Source: Octopus sinensis (Eukaryota). From it: a DNA stretch of 64,000 bases. A model generated the notes under the pieces. The model saw nothing but the letters and a program-made list of their open reading frames with translations, searched no databases and had not been told where the DNA came from. How positions within the stretch are numbered: the stretch's first letter is position 1; every line of letters begins with the position of its first letter. The DNA is taken from contig NC_043011.1 in assembly GCF_006345805.1 (NCBI RefSeq), positions 29,710,464 through 29,774,463 on the forward strand, written 5' to 3'. Below are positions 37,411-50,699 of this stretch, in pieces. Made by a program: the position numbers and the translations under genes.

Positions 37411-38221
37411 GTTAAAAACTCCAGCATATAAAAGTCAGCATTCTATACTCTGGACAATGTTCTGTTTCTTTATGTCAAGCGTATGAAAGATGGAACAGTT
37501 TCCAGAGAATGATAAACAAGTCAAGTAGCCAACCTGGCAATTTGCTGTGAACTAATTACTATAAATCCAGCAGGCTGGAAAGAATATTTCTTATTGAAAT
37601 TCATATTTGGTCATTCCAGGTTTGGTAAAATCCAGAATCATAGAAAAACAGAGGGCATCGGGGTTGGCAACGAAACAGCCTAAAGGAAATGTGGAAATTA
37701 AGATAAGAATAATTACACTGTGTAACACACGATCTTGTACTTGGGTAGCAAATGTTATTTTCTGTTTGCTAACCCCTACAAAGTATGAAAAATAGCTGGT
37801 GGAATTCTACTCTTAGCACCTGAAGCTTTTTATTTTTTGGAATTGTCAGAAAATTTTTATGAATTTCTATTCTATGCATGAGAATTCATACAATTACACA
37901 AAAATCAAAAACATATTTTTGGAATAGTGATTTAAGGGTTATTTAGCTGTTATTTTTAGCACATCTCATGACCACTTGATACCCTCTTCGTTCGTTTGCC
38001 ACTGAAGTATTGATGTTTTTCTATATCTTTCTCCCCATATGTCAGCCATATTTTAAACTGTGATTTAAAAAAAAATTTTATAAAACAAAATTTTTAAAAT
38101 TAAAAAAGTTTTTTAAAAACTGTTTTCATAGTTGTATGAATGTCTGTGTGTAGGACACAAATTCCAAAAATAAAAAAGAATTCCATCAAATGGCTATTAT
38201 TTCTTCCAAACTTTGCTTTTC

Positions 38222-38555
38222 TTACATTTATTCAAACCCCAAAGAATCCATCTTAACATATAGTTATCATGCTCCCCACCCTACTCCTGCTCATGATCAG
38301 AGATGCACATATTATCAGCCACTAACGGACATACTCAACTAGTTATGGTCAAGCAACTGACAAGAAAATATGTGGTATTGGGCAGAATATTTGCTATAAC
38401 AATATTTCTGCTTCAGCAACACAGCACTGAATCTGTCTGAAATGTAATGGAAAATAGGTCAGTTCAAAACATTGATGTCCAGGTGACAAAAGCTTACTTT
38501 GAAGGAAATAGTAGTCATTTCTTCTGGAAATAACACTTACTGACCAAAGACAAAG
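38222..38555 (-). mobile_element. Partial family E plus extension (as at 2029-2310)
   Basis: tcaaaccccaaagaatcc...gtggtattgggcagaatatttgct, then gcttcagcaac...ctgaccaaagacaaa. Confidence 0.7.
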
Positions 38556-38898
38556 AAGACTAAAACAATACCTGTTGTCATAGGTGCCCTGGGAATGATA
38601 GCAAAAGGGGCTGATAGCTACCTAACTCAGATACCAGGAAACCCCAAAATGGCAGAAATTCAAAAGATAGTGCTCATGGGAACTGCTCATATCCTACGCA
38701 AAATACTTTCTATGTAATCTCAAGGTTTAAAACAAACATTTTTTTTTTCTTAGACATCCACCAGTACAACACAAAAAACAACCAAATATATGGCATACTA
38801 GGCATAACAACAATGTGAACTTCCAACCTTTTGTCTCTTGAGGTCTCCGGGTGAGACTTGGAGCCAACTTGTACAAATATAAAGCAAAAGTCAAACAT
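38556..38898 (+). mobile_element. 3' end of an R4/Dong-like LINE, family B, ending in (TAA)n
   Basis: KTKTIPVVIGALGMIAKGADSYLTQIPGNPKMAEIQKIVLMGTAHILRKILSM* (38556-38717), UTR, then taataataa. Confidence 0.85.
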
Positions 38899-38916
38899 AT
38901 AATAATAATAATAATA

Positions 38917-39170
38917 AGTATAAAAGATGGGCTACAGCAAATATTCTGCTCAATACCACAGATTTGCTTGTCAGTTGTTTGACCGTAACCAGTTGATCAT
39001 GTCCCTTTGTGGCTGATGATATGTGCATCTCTGATCACGAGCAGAAGTAGTGGGAGAGCATCATAGCCATGTGTTGAGAGGGATTCTTTGAGGTTTGAAT
39101 AATTCACCTCTGGAAACATGGGTGTTTTATTTCAACATACTTAAACAACCCTTATTCAGGGACCTTTTTT
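38917..39170 (+). mobile_element. Family E partial copy directly after (TAA)n
   Basis: gtataaaagatgggctacagcaaatattctgctcaatacc... Confidence 0.85.
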
Positions 39171-39860
39171 GCTCGACTAAAGGTGGTGCTCCAGCATGGC
39201 CACAGTCAAATGACTGAAACAAGTAAAAGAGTAAAAGAGTATCATTAAGCTAGTGTTAAGAACATAAATAGTGACTAAGGTTTGGTGGAGGATTTTAATT
39301 CGTAACTTATGAAAACAAGACATTCGTGCTAAAGAGCCAGAGCTGGTCTCAGCCCGGTTGGTATCGAAAGGATTAAAAAGGGAAGGAACATTCAAGACAG
39401 TGTAGTATTGGCTAATTTCAAGAAGCATGGGATTTACAAAGAATTGTTTCACCATTTTTCTATGATGTGAGCTTTCAAGGAATTTGGCTGCTCTTGTTAT
39501 TAGATCAAGCAGCCACTTAGAATCGACCACTTGGTATGAGAACAAATCAAAATGACTAGGCTGGTGCAGAGATAAGCGATGAATGTATGCAAGAATATAC
39601 AACTATGATAGTTTAGTACATTACTCTGAAAGTATGTGGGATGAAGAGATAATTAAATGAATGACAGTTATATATTAATCTGTATGTCAACAGCATAACA
39701 GGACTGATATTTTCATGGTTGACCTGAGCACCTTTATTAGCCATAGGCATCTCAATTTTTCAAATATAATTATCATATATATCACTTAATGTATACATAC
39801 ATAGATATATGCATGCTCACACACACATATGTGCATATCTATGCTTATATATATATATAT

Positions 39861-40136
39861 GGAGGCACAATGGCCCAGTAGTTAGGGCAGTGGGCTCTCA
39901 GTTGTAGGATCACGGTTTCAATTCCCAGACCGGGCGTTGTGAGTGTTTATTGAGCGAAAACACCTAAAGCTCCATGAGGCTCTAGTAGGGGGTTGTGACG
40001 ATCCCTGCTGTACTCTTTCGTCACAACTTTCTCGCACTCTTTCTTCTGTGAGCTTGCTTGCTTGGCATCATTTGGAGGCTAAAACAATGCGAAGCACATT
40101 ATGACCATCGATGTGTCAGTCACGGTGATCATGGTG
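39861..40136 (+). mobile_element. tRNA-headed SINE, fourth family, within (TA)n
   Basis: ggaggcacaatggcccagtagttaggg ... ggtttcaattccc A/B boxes. Confidence 0.7.
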
Positions 40137-40180
40137 ATATATATATATATACTGAGCAATACACTGAGCCATGTGCTATC

Positions 40181-40265
<85 letters not shown>

Positions 40266-40419
40266 CATTATCTATATATACATATATATACACACATTAT
40301 ATGTATATACATATACATATATATATGTATATATGTATATATATATACATATATATATGTGTTTGTGTGTTTGTGTGTGTGTATATATATGATGGCACAT
40401 GGCTCAGTATATGGAGGCT

Positions 40420-40740
40420 CATGGCTCAGTGGTTAGAGCATTGGGTTCACAATCATGAGAAAGCGAGTTCAATGCCTGGACCAGGATAAGTGTTGTGCTC
40501 TTGAACAAGACACTTTATATCACATTGCTCCAGTTCACTCAGCTGTAGAAATGAGTTGCAACATCACTGGTGCCAAGCTGTATCGATCTTCGCTTTTTTC
40601 CTTGGATAACATCAGTGGTGTGGAGATGGGAGGCTGGTATGCATGGGCAACTGCTGGCCTTCCATAAACAACCTTGCCCAAACTTGTTCCTTAGAATAGA
40701 AATTTCTAGGTGCAATCCCATGGTCATTCATGACCGAAGA
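40420..40740 (+). mobile_element. SINE family C2
   Basis: Matches 18645-18990. Confidence 0.85.
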
Positions 40741-40829
40741 AGCGCTTTACTCTTTATACATACATACATATATATATATACATATGTGTGTGTATGTGTA
40801 TACGCATATACATACATACAGCTATATAT

Positions 40830-40999
40830 ATATAGTTGGAATTTACAAAGAAAAACAAACAAAACAAAAAACAAAGATGGCTGTGTAAACAACAAACAGA
40901 TGTATTAGTTTAACGCTCAAGAAGTGAGATAGTCTTTTACGTTTCGAGCCTAAAAAAAAGGCTTAGTGGCAAGTGATCAATCATCGTGAATGCTGGACA

Positions 41000-41033
<34 letters not shown>

Positions 41034-41110
41034 TGTTATACTAATACATCTGTTTGTTTTGTACACCACCTGTCTTCATCTTTTGTTTTTTTCATAAACT
41101 CTCCCTATAT
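40830..41110. mobile_element. Inverted pair of pLTR-like fragments; the minus copy carries half a hammerhead (gcucGAAAcguaaaag)
   Basis: 40830-40955 and 41035-41110 are reverse complements over ~70 bp; same family as 52228-52390. Confidence 0.6.
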
Positions 41111-41150
41111 ATATATACATACATACATACATACTACATACATACATACA

Positions 41151-41183
<33 letters not shown>

Positions 41184-41202
41184 TATATACATATATATAT
41201 AC

Positions 41203-41283
<81 letters not shown>

Positions 41284-42168
41284 GGGAATATAGTATCAAT
41301 TTGATTAGTTGGTACTTTCCAAATATGTAAACACAGCAAAAAGCATATTGTAAATAATTATGTTGAAGTTAACACATTTGTTACAGAAAGAATTAAAAAA
41401 CCTAATTAAAATAACTGTACTGTGAGAAACATAAAGAGCAACATTTATAATTGGCTAATATCATTTTTTAATTATTGTGTTAATATGTGCAAACTATAAG
41501 ACAGAGCTTATCATGACCTCATTTGCAAAGCTCATTCTTCATATTCTTCGAGATACTTGGTCTTGTGTGAAGTATTAAAGAAAGTATTGGAACATAGATG
41601 TATAATATTGTATATTGGTTGATGTAGATATGTAGAAAGATAGGGAGAGTGTGTGTGTGAGTGTGTGTGTGTGTGTATGAGAGAGAGAGAGAGTATGTGT
41701 ATGTGTGCACATGTGAAAAAGAGAGATAGAGAGAGAATGGGTGAGTATGCATGTGTGTATGAGAAAGATAAAGAGAGTTTGTGGGTGTATTTGTATGTGT
41801 TTGTGTATTTGTGTGTGTGTGTGTGTGTGTGTGTGCATATATAAGAGACAGACAGGCAGACTGACAGACAGTAGGTGAGCACTTTCATAAAAGCCCAAAC
41901 GACAAAAAGCAACAAGAAAGTCATCTCTACTAGAAATATAACTGAACTTTTTTTTTTAATTCTAAAGAATATCAATCACTAATCTAATGATTGATCAGCA
42001 TTCACTATTATTTGGTGAAATATTGACTTTTCTATACATTAAGATCAGGAAAAACTAAAAAGAAAAAAAAAACTATTTCAGTCAGCATCTGTAGTATCTA
42101 ACATCCCACTAACAGATAATCAAAGTGCATTATGTTGTGACAACAGAAAAAGAAAAAGAAAAAAGAAA

Positions 42169-42228
<60 letters not shown>

Positions 42229-42230
<2 letters not shown>

Positions 42231-42481
42231 CAATTCCTATCATAGTAGGTGCATTAGGCATGATAAAAAAATATTCAGACAAATACATAACAAAAACACC
42301 AGGACTTACAAACTCATATAACATACAGAAAATTGCACTACTAGGCACTGCACACATCCTACTCAGAACACTTTCCATACAATAACCATCAGAGCATCAC
42401 AACAAATCACAGCACATACCCAGGCACACAGAGCTGCTCTCGGTAGTGAATTGAAAGCACGCTATAAAAATAAAACTACTG
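42229..42481 (+). mobile_element. 3' end of an R4/Dong-like LINE, family A, between (TAA)n tracts
   Basis: TIPIIVGALGMIKKYSDKYITKTPGLTNSYNIQKIALLGTAHILLRTLSIQ* plus UTR ending aaaactactg. Confidence 0.9.
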
Positions 42482-42502
42482 AATAATAATAATAATAATA
42501 AT

Positions 42503-43043
42503 GATTGGCAGAGGCTTTCATGGCTCCTGATCTTAACTGATTGGGAGTGTTATCATGTACATTGTTTTGTCTTGGTATAAAAGATGGGCTACAGCAAATA
42601 TTCTGCTCAATACCACAGATTTGCTTGTCAGTTGTTTGACCTTAACCAGTTGAGCATGTCCCTTAGTGGCTGAAGATATGTGCATCTCTGATCATGAACA
42701 GAAGTAGTGGGGGAGCATCATAGCTGTGTGTTGAAAGGAATTCTTGGAGGTTTGGATAATTCACCTTTGGAAACATGGGTATTTTGTTCAACATCCTTAA
42801 ATGACCCTTATTCAGTTACCTTTTGAGTGGGATTGGCTGCATGATCTGAAGAAAATTCTAACTGGGTCTCACCTGCAAGGTCATGAGCTGTTTATCTTGA
42901 TATGAAATCACCATGTCATGCACATATGGTTGTGATGCATGTGCCTAGTGTACCCTTATCAGACGGGTAGTCATGATGGGTATATTGGGCTTCGTATATT
43001 TTACCCCAGTGTCACTTTGATGACATGCACTGCTCTCTCACTC
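42503..43043 (+). mobile_element. Family E, near-complete ~540-bp non-coding element flanked by (TAA)n
   Basis: ggctttcatggctcctgatcttaactgattgg ... gcactgctctctcactc|aataataat; no ORF; six other partial copies. Confidence 0.85.
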
Positions 43044-43093
<50 letters not shown>

Positions 43094-43164
43094 TAATAAT
43101 AATAATAATGATAATAATAATAGCAAAAATAATAATTATTATTATTGTTATCATTATTATTATT

Positions 43165-43612
43165 TCAAATTTTTTGCCACAGGGACAGCTTGGGGGAGGT
43201 GGGGATGAGTCGACAACATTGACCCTAGTGTTCAACTGGTACTTATTTTATTGAAACTAAAAGGATGAAAGTCAAAGTCGACCTTGGCTGAATTTGAACT
43301 CACAATGTAGCAACGAGTGAGATATCACTAAGCCTTTCATCGAGCACACTGACGATTCTGCCAGCTCAGCACCTTTAAATAATTAAAATAGTTATAATCC
43401 TTTCTACTAATGGTATAAGGCCTGAAATTTTGTGGGAGGGGGACTAGTTGATTACATCGACCCAAGTGTTTCACTGGTTCTTAATTTACCCATCCTGAAA
43501 GGCTGAAAGGAATAGCCAACCTCAGCATAATTTGAGCTCAAAACATAAAGACGGACGAAATCCTGCTAAGCATTTTGCTCAGCATGCTAATGATTCTGCC
43601 AGCTTGCCACCT
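43165..43612 (-). mobile_element. Two tandem SINE B copies
   Basis: About 43165-43375 and 43400-43612. Confidence 0.85.
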
Positions 43613-43731
43613 TAATGATGATGATGATAATAATAATAATAATAATAATAATAATATATAATAATAATATAATAATAATAATAATAATAATAATGGTGAT
43701 GATGATGATGATGATAATAATAATAATAATG

Positions 43732-43790
<59 letters not shown>

Positions 43791-43791
<1 letters not shown>

Positions 43792-44411
43792 GCTGCCCAA
43801 TCCTGGCTAAGAAGGAATATATTCACAGACATGACAGAGTTGGAACCTACATACACTGGAAGCTATGCCAACATTATGGAATAACAACAGAAAAAAGATG
43901 GTATAGGCACACACCAGAAAAGGTCACAGAAAACGAGAAAGCAACCATACTCTGGGATATGCCGATACACACAGATAGAGAAATTAAGGCCAACAGACCA
44001 GATATAGTTGTCAGAGATCATGAAGAAAAAAAATGCTTTCTAATTGATGTATCAATACCGGCAGATGATAACGTGTCTCTAACAGAAATGGAGAAACTCT
44101 CAAAATACAAAGACCTGGAAATAGAGGTAACCAGAATGTGGAATCTAAAAACAGAAACAATTCCTATCATAGTAGGTGCATTAGGCATGATAAAAAAATA
44201 TTCAGACAAATACATAACAAAAACACCAGGACTTACAAACACATATAACATACAGAAAAAATTGCACTACTAGGCACTGCACACATCCTACGCAGAACAC
44301 TTTCCATACAATAATCATCAGAGCATCACAACAAATCACAGCACATACCCAAGGCACACAGAGCTGCGCTCGGTAGTGAAGTGAAAGCACACTATAAAAA
44401 TAAAACTACTG
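43791..44411 (+). mobile_element. 5'-truncated R4/Dong-like LINE, family A (zinc-knuckle tail plus RLE domain), embedded in (TAA)n
   Basis: GCPILAKKEYIHRHDRVG...WDMPIHTDREIKANRPDIVVRD...FLIDVSIPADDN...EKLSKYKDL...IPIIVGALG; +1 frameshift in the A-run near 44258; natural stop 44312-44314. Confidence 0.92.
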
Positions 44412-44448
44412 AATAATAATAATAATGATGATGATGATGATAATAATG

Positions 44449-44503
<55 letters not shown>

Positions 44504-44535
44504 TGATGATGATGATAATAATAATAATGATGATG

Positions 44536-44617
<82 letters not shown>

Positions 44618-44634
44618 TAATAATAATAATAATG

Positions 44635-44665
<31 letters not shown>

Positions 44666-44678
44666 TAATAATAATAAA
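44412..44678. repeat. (AAT)n/(GAT)n microsatellite
   Basis: Read directly; similar tracts at 42170-42228, 43044-43130, 43615-43790 and 46870-46990. Confidence 0.95.
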
Positions 44679-45019
44679 TGCCCTGATGCAATCAGGCAGT
44701 GGCTCTCGTGGCTTCTGATTTTAACTGATTGGAAGTGTTATTATATACATTGTTTTGTTTTGGTATAACAGATGAGCTACAGGAAATATTCTGCTCAATA
44801 CCACAGATAGGCTACTCGGCCTGCATAAAATTCTAACTGGGTCCCACTTGCAAGGTCATGTGCTGTTTATCTTGATATGAGATCCCCATGTTACACACAT
44901 ATGGTTGTGATGCATGTACCTGGTGGAACTTTATCAGATAGGTAGTCATGATGAGTATATTGGGCTTTGTATATTTGTACCCCAGTGTCACTTTGATAGC
45001 ATGCGGTGCTCTCTCACTC
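44678..45019 (+). mobile_element. Family E, internally deleted, both ends abutting (TAA)n
   Basis: atgccctgatgcaatcaggcagtggctctc ... gctctctcactc|aataat. Confidence 0.85.
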
Positions 45020-45070
<51 letters not shown>

Positions 45071-46439
45071 CCTTTCTGTTAAAGGCACAAGGCCTGAAAT
45101 ATGAATATAGAGTAAGTTGATTACCTCGATTCCAGTGCGGAAGAAATATTTATTCAACCCCAAAATAATGTAAAGCAAAGCTTACCTCGATGGAATTTGA
45201 ACTCAGAGCATAAGGACAGATTAAATGCTGCTGAGCATTTTTCAGTGTGCTAATGATGATGATGATGATAATGATGATAAAAAAGGGAAAAGGGGGAAAA
45301 AGGAAAAGATTTTGATAAAGAAAATCAATTCAAGATGATTAGTGATAATCTGGACATTTTATGACTTCAAAAAAACTTTTAATGTTTGGATCAAACAATA
45401 AGAAAATGATATTGCAGTGGAAGCTTAATGAAATTCCCTACTTGATTGTCAGGCCTACTGTCAAACACTCCTTGTATGTAATGATGTAGGACAGTTTTGG
45501 TTACAATAGAATTGGGATATTGTATAGTCTAGAATGAGATTTATTGCTAAAACTGAGTAGTTCACCAATTTATCAGAAACTTTAATGAAACTGATAGAAA
45601 GAAGAAAAAAAAAATGATTAATCAATAGTGAATGTTTGATGTTACAACAGAGTTAGTGTACTTACAATACTTCTAGACAGTACCTTGTGTTGATGAGGCA
45701 TAACTTAATGGTTAAAATGTTTGTTTTGTAGTCATGAGTTCTCAGGTTCAGTTCCAGTGAGTGGATTCTTGGACAAGTGTCTTTTACCATTGACTTGTGA
45801 GCAACACAAATTTTCTATGTGACAGAATTTGTGTGAGAGCTTATTGGATGAATTGAACTCGTAATTCAATGGTATTCACCATGTTATTTACCCTGTCATT
45901 CTGATACTGCTTGAAAATCATAAAAAGGGTTCAACATCCACGTGGAATATCATTATCTTTTACCTTTTATTTGTTGCAATTATTGGACAGCAGCCATGCC
46001 AAGGCACCACCTTCACTGGTTTAGTTGAACAATTGACTCCTATACTTACTATTTTTTCAAAGTCTGGTACACATTCACTTTTGTTGAACCACAAACGGTT
46101 TTTTTTAGGGAGGGGGGGCATAAACAAACCAACAGAGGTTGTCAAACAATTGGTGGTGGTGGTGGTGGAAGGCAGTAGAAACCATACCAAAGATGACACT
46201 GGATTTTAATGCAGCCCTACAGTTCACTGGTTCCTTGTCAAACCGTTTTAGCCATGCCAACATGAAAAGCAAATATTAAATGCTGCTGATATATATTTAT
46301 GTAACATGAAGTGCTTTATAAATATACTATATAACATGATGCTGTGAGTAGCAAGGGAGTGTCAATAGAACTCAGGTTAAATAAGTGCCACAATGCACCA
46401 GTCTAGCAGAAATTTTATTGATCTTAACCAGCTGATCAT

Positions 46440-46725
46440 GTCCCTTAGTGGCTGGGAAGCCGAGGGGCTGCACCAGACTCCAGTCTGATTTGGCATGATT
46501 TCTATGGCTGGATGCCCTTTCTAATGCCAACCACTTCAAGAGTGTAATGGGTGCTTTTATGTGCCACCGGCACAGGTGCCAGTTGTGTGACACCAGTATC
46601 CACGACAACTATGATTTCACTTGGCTTCATGGGTCTTCTTAAGCATGGCATATTGCCAAGGCTCTTGGTCATTTGTCATTGCCTCTGTGAGGCCCAACAG
46701 TCGAAAGGTGCTTTTTACATGCCAC
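46440..46725 (-). mobile_element. RTE 3' UTR (family D)
   Basis: ggctggatgccctttctaatgccaaccac ... cttggcttcatgggtcttcttaagc. Confidence 0.8.
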
Positions 46726-46864
46726 CTTAATAATAATCCTTTTATTCTTTCACTTCTTTCCGTCATTTGAGCATGTCCCTTAGTGGCTTAACATCTCTGA
46801 TCATGAGCAGAACTAGTGGGAGATCATCATAGCTATGTGCTTGAGAGAAATTCCTTGGGGTTTG

Positions 46865-46952
<88 letters not shown>

Positions 46953-47095
46953 CAACAACAACAACTACAACAACAATGATAATAATAATATCCTGATGCA
47001 GTTCCAGGCAGTGGCTCTCATGGCTTTTGATCTTAACTATTTGGAAGTGCTATCATGTTTTGTCTTGGTGCAATAGATGGGCTACAGAAAATGTT

Positions 47096-47955
47096 TGAGG
47101 TGGAATCATAAGGTTCCCAGATTAGTCATGTTTAATAAACGATAACTATCGTAATTTACCTAAGTTTTAACATCATCTCCTTTGAAATAGTCACCTTGCA
47201 CAGCAATACATCGGTCCCAGTGTTCCAACCACTTTTGGAATCTGGCCTGGAAATTATTTTCTGCAGGTGAGTTGAGGACCTTCTGCAATTTGTTTTGGAT
47301 CTTCACAACAGAGTTAAAACAGCGACCTCTGAGCTGCCTTTTCATCTTGGGGAAAAGATGGAAGTCTGCAAGTGCTAAATCTGGTGAATAGAGCAGGTGC
47401 AGAAGCAATGAAATGTTGTTTTTGGTGAGAAACTCACGAGCGAGGAGAAGTCAATGACAAGGTGCATTGTTGCCATAAAGAATCCAATTCTTTGCACTCC
47501 ACAGATCCGGTTGCTCTCACTAAATGTCCTCCCCCAAACATTTCAAAACGTCACAGTAGAATTCTTGATTGATGGTCTGGCCCTTGGAGACGAATTCTTG
47601 ATGCACTTGAAATCTTGCATATGACCCATCTTGTGCCACTCAAAACATTGCATGCAAACCATTGCTTTGTTTCTGTAAGCTTGCTGAAGTATGCTCAATG
47701 TCCCTGTAGCAAACTTGCCAAGTTTAAAGCAAAATTTCATGTTGGTTCTTTGTTCTTGTCCATGAAAAATTGAAGACTACAGCATTCATGTGATCACAAA
47801 AACACAAATTTCACAACTTGAGAAGTAAACGCAGTGATGTCACTAGGCACACTGCCTCATGAAGGTCACTGCTAGCTCTTATTGCACATGCAGCCATGTG
47901 CTGCCATCTGTTGGCAGATTAGAGAACTAGTCCAGGAACCTTTGAAACCACCTCA
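47096..47955 (-). mobile_element. Internally deleted mariner (Tc1/mariner) transposon with ~30-bp TIRs
   Basis: TIRs tgaggtggaatcataaggttcccagattag / ctagtccaggaacctttgaaaccacctca|TA; minus-strand peptides MKFCFKLGKFAT... (HTH), WILYGNNAPCH, YSPDLALADFHLFPKMK; the central part is missing. Confidence 0.92.
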
Positions 47956-48726
47956 TATATCTTATATTGACACACACAAATATCTATCTACCTTTAGATA
48001 TATATATATGTAACCTATATAATACCTTTATAGACAGGATGAATTTGGCTGTTTCTCTATTTATTGAAAAAGGAAAAGTGATGAACGACCTTAACTAATT
48101 TTTATAATCATACTGGATTCTCATAAGAGGCATCTAAATCAATTTGACTAACCTCAGAGAAACAAGCAACTAATCTGTTTATATACTCAACAATTACAGA
48201 AAACTAAAGTTACTAATTGGCATACCCTAAGCATTAACACTTTACTTTTTTACATATCAGTGGTTGTCAATGGGTATATTAGTCCATATGATATATGTCA
48301 CATATATATATATATATAGATATAAATTAATTAAAGTGTACAGTATTATATATTCATTACAGCCAATCATACCAATCAGTTTTGCACAAGGGGTTCAATG
48401 GAGTGTTGGACACATAAATGAAAATATACCCATTTGTATTGATGAAAAATAAACGTCCTTTTAGTATTTCACTGATACATTGAATTAACCAGTAAAACTT
48501 GGATGCTAACATCCCTTCAAGAGGTAATATATCCTCACAATAATAATTAAATATATATATATATTTAGAAAGCCGATAATAGCAGCAACTCCATCTAAGA
48601 ATATCTGAAGAAGGTATATTATTCTGAAATATCATATCAGACTATGGATGATTAAATTACAACAAGTATGTAGCCCATGGTCTATATTATAGTGCATTGT
48701 TGTACCATTCAAAAATTTTTATTCTT

Positions 48727-48760
<34 letters not shown>

Positions 48761-49098
48761 ATATATATTATATATATTATGTATGTATGTATGTATGTAT
48801 GTATGTATGTATGTATGTATGTATGTATGCATGCATGCATGTACGTATGTATGTTTGTAATGTAAGCAAGTTAGGTAGGTCGGTATACGAAGAATATTTA
48901 TTACGTTGAATGCAAAAAATATATACCTGTTTAGATACAAAAGTTCTGCCTTATACAGAATAGAAATGATATCAGGAATTTAAGGAGTTGAAGAAAATCC
49001 AATAGCCATTTCTGGGGGCTCAGTGGTCCAAAATAATGATTGTAAATAGATTCCATTGTCGAATGAGATGACCCATTGTCTTCAGGGAAGAAATGAAC

Positions 49099-49133
<35 letters not shown>

Positions 49134-50184
49134 ATGTATGTATGTATGATGTATGTATGTATGTATGTATGCATATACATGCATGCATGCATGTATATGG
49201 ATGGTCCCTGTTAGTGTTGAGAGAGAAGATTCAATTGTTCAGTTAACAAGATTATTAACTCTTAAATCCCTGTGTAATGGATTGAGGATTTATTTACAGA
49301 CACACATAATTCTCAGGTAGAGTCAGTGTGACACAATCAAAAGCAAAAAAATTGATCAATTGCAGCAGGATTTGAAAACAGAACCTACATGGATGACACT
49401 CTAACTGATTTTGTCAGTTCCAATGCTTCACCCTTGCACTAATTATTAAAAAATCCATTTGCATTAATTGCTTTCACTTGCACACTTAACAGTATGTTAA
49501 TTTTCAAAACTGTTGCTAAATTATGGATAAAACAGGTTTCTTGGTTTAAAAATATATAACCATATAAACACACACACACACACACAAACACACACATGCA
49601 TGCATGCACACATGCACGCACACTTCCATATACTTATAAAAACTTAATTCTAGTATAATTATATATTGATTAACACAGCACAGTGTTAATGCTATTCTTC
49701 TTAATACAGACTAGGAAGTTATTTATTTTTTTCTTTTTGTAATTTATAATATATTTTCAAAAATATATCATCCTTCATTCTTCAACTATCCAATTCTTAT
49801 GATTACCAGATGATCTCCATTAACTTTTAACAATTGCTCTGTCAACAGCAAAATGTTCATGATACGAGCTGGAGTAGTTGACAGAATTCTGTACAGCAAA
49901 TAGAAGCATTTAGAGGGAAAAGTTGAGCACACATGAGACCCAGGTAAACCCTAATTGATCAGATCTATAACTATCTAGCATTCGAACTATGACTGCTCTC
50001 ACTTTCATTCTGACAGAGTATATAAAGGACTACATTAACCCATACATGTTTTTTTTTTACTTTTTAAGATGGTAAAACATAATGTCCAAATCAGTTTCAT
50101 TAAATATAAAACAAAATGTTCAAAATGTAGTGAACTGTATTAAAATGAAATTGTTAATGTGTTGGCAAGTATTGATTTATTCTC

Positions 50185-50428
50185 ATGCACTATGTAAATT
50201 TTCTTTCACAGTGCTTTTGGGAATCAACTCCTCATAACACCATAAAAAGTAATATGCTGATTAATTTGGAAATTTTGCCAAAGAAAGAGAGGAGAGTACT
50301 TATTGGCCAAAGAAATGCAAGAGAGTACTTATTGACAAAATTGCCAAATTAATCAGTATATAGCAATTTACAATGTTCTGAGGAGTTGATTACCATAAGC
50401 ACTGTGAAGCAAAATTTTCATAGTGCAT
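50185..50428. mobile_element. MITE-like long inverted repeat (~95-bp arms)
   Basis: atgcactatgtaaattttctttcacagtgctt...ctgattaatttgg pairs with ccaaattaatcag...aagcactgtgaagcaaaattttcatagtgcat. Confidence 0.75.
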
Positions 50429-50632
50429 AACAAGAAATCGATAGTTTCTAAATGCTAACAATATGATGCAAGAGAGATTAAAACAAGAAATGATGAAACA
50501 ATTGTAAATAATATATTAAAAGAATATTGCTAACTCCATTCTTCAATATTCTTACTATAAAATACTTCATAAGTACTCATGGATTTTTCTACACAAGCAT
50601 GGAAAAACTGATGTTGAATAATGAAGAAATTC

Positions 50633-50663
<31 letters not shown>

Positions 50664-50699
50664 GAATTTAACATTCAAAAGATGTTCTTTAGGTGCCAT

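Noticed and set aside
37590-37800. Exon-like segments on both strands (RLFRCQPRCPLFFYDSGFY…; GLVKSRIIEKQ…)
   Set aside because: All frames meet stops before a good donor; no known protein is matched from memory.
39177-39602. 141-aa minus ORF
   Set aside because: It runs through a piggyBac-like MITE and a SINE A tail, so it is a chance open frame.
42503-43043. Hammerhead or HDV ribozyme within family E
   Set aside because: CUGANGA-like words occur without a matching stem II/GAAA, and I could not build an HDV fold by eye; left to a computational test.
48357-48635. 92-aa minus-strand ORF
   Set aside because: It crosses a TA tract, has no domain signature and no clear splice sites.
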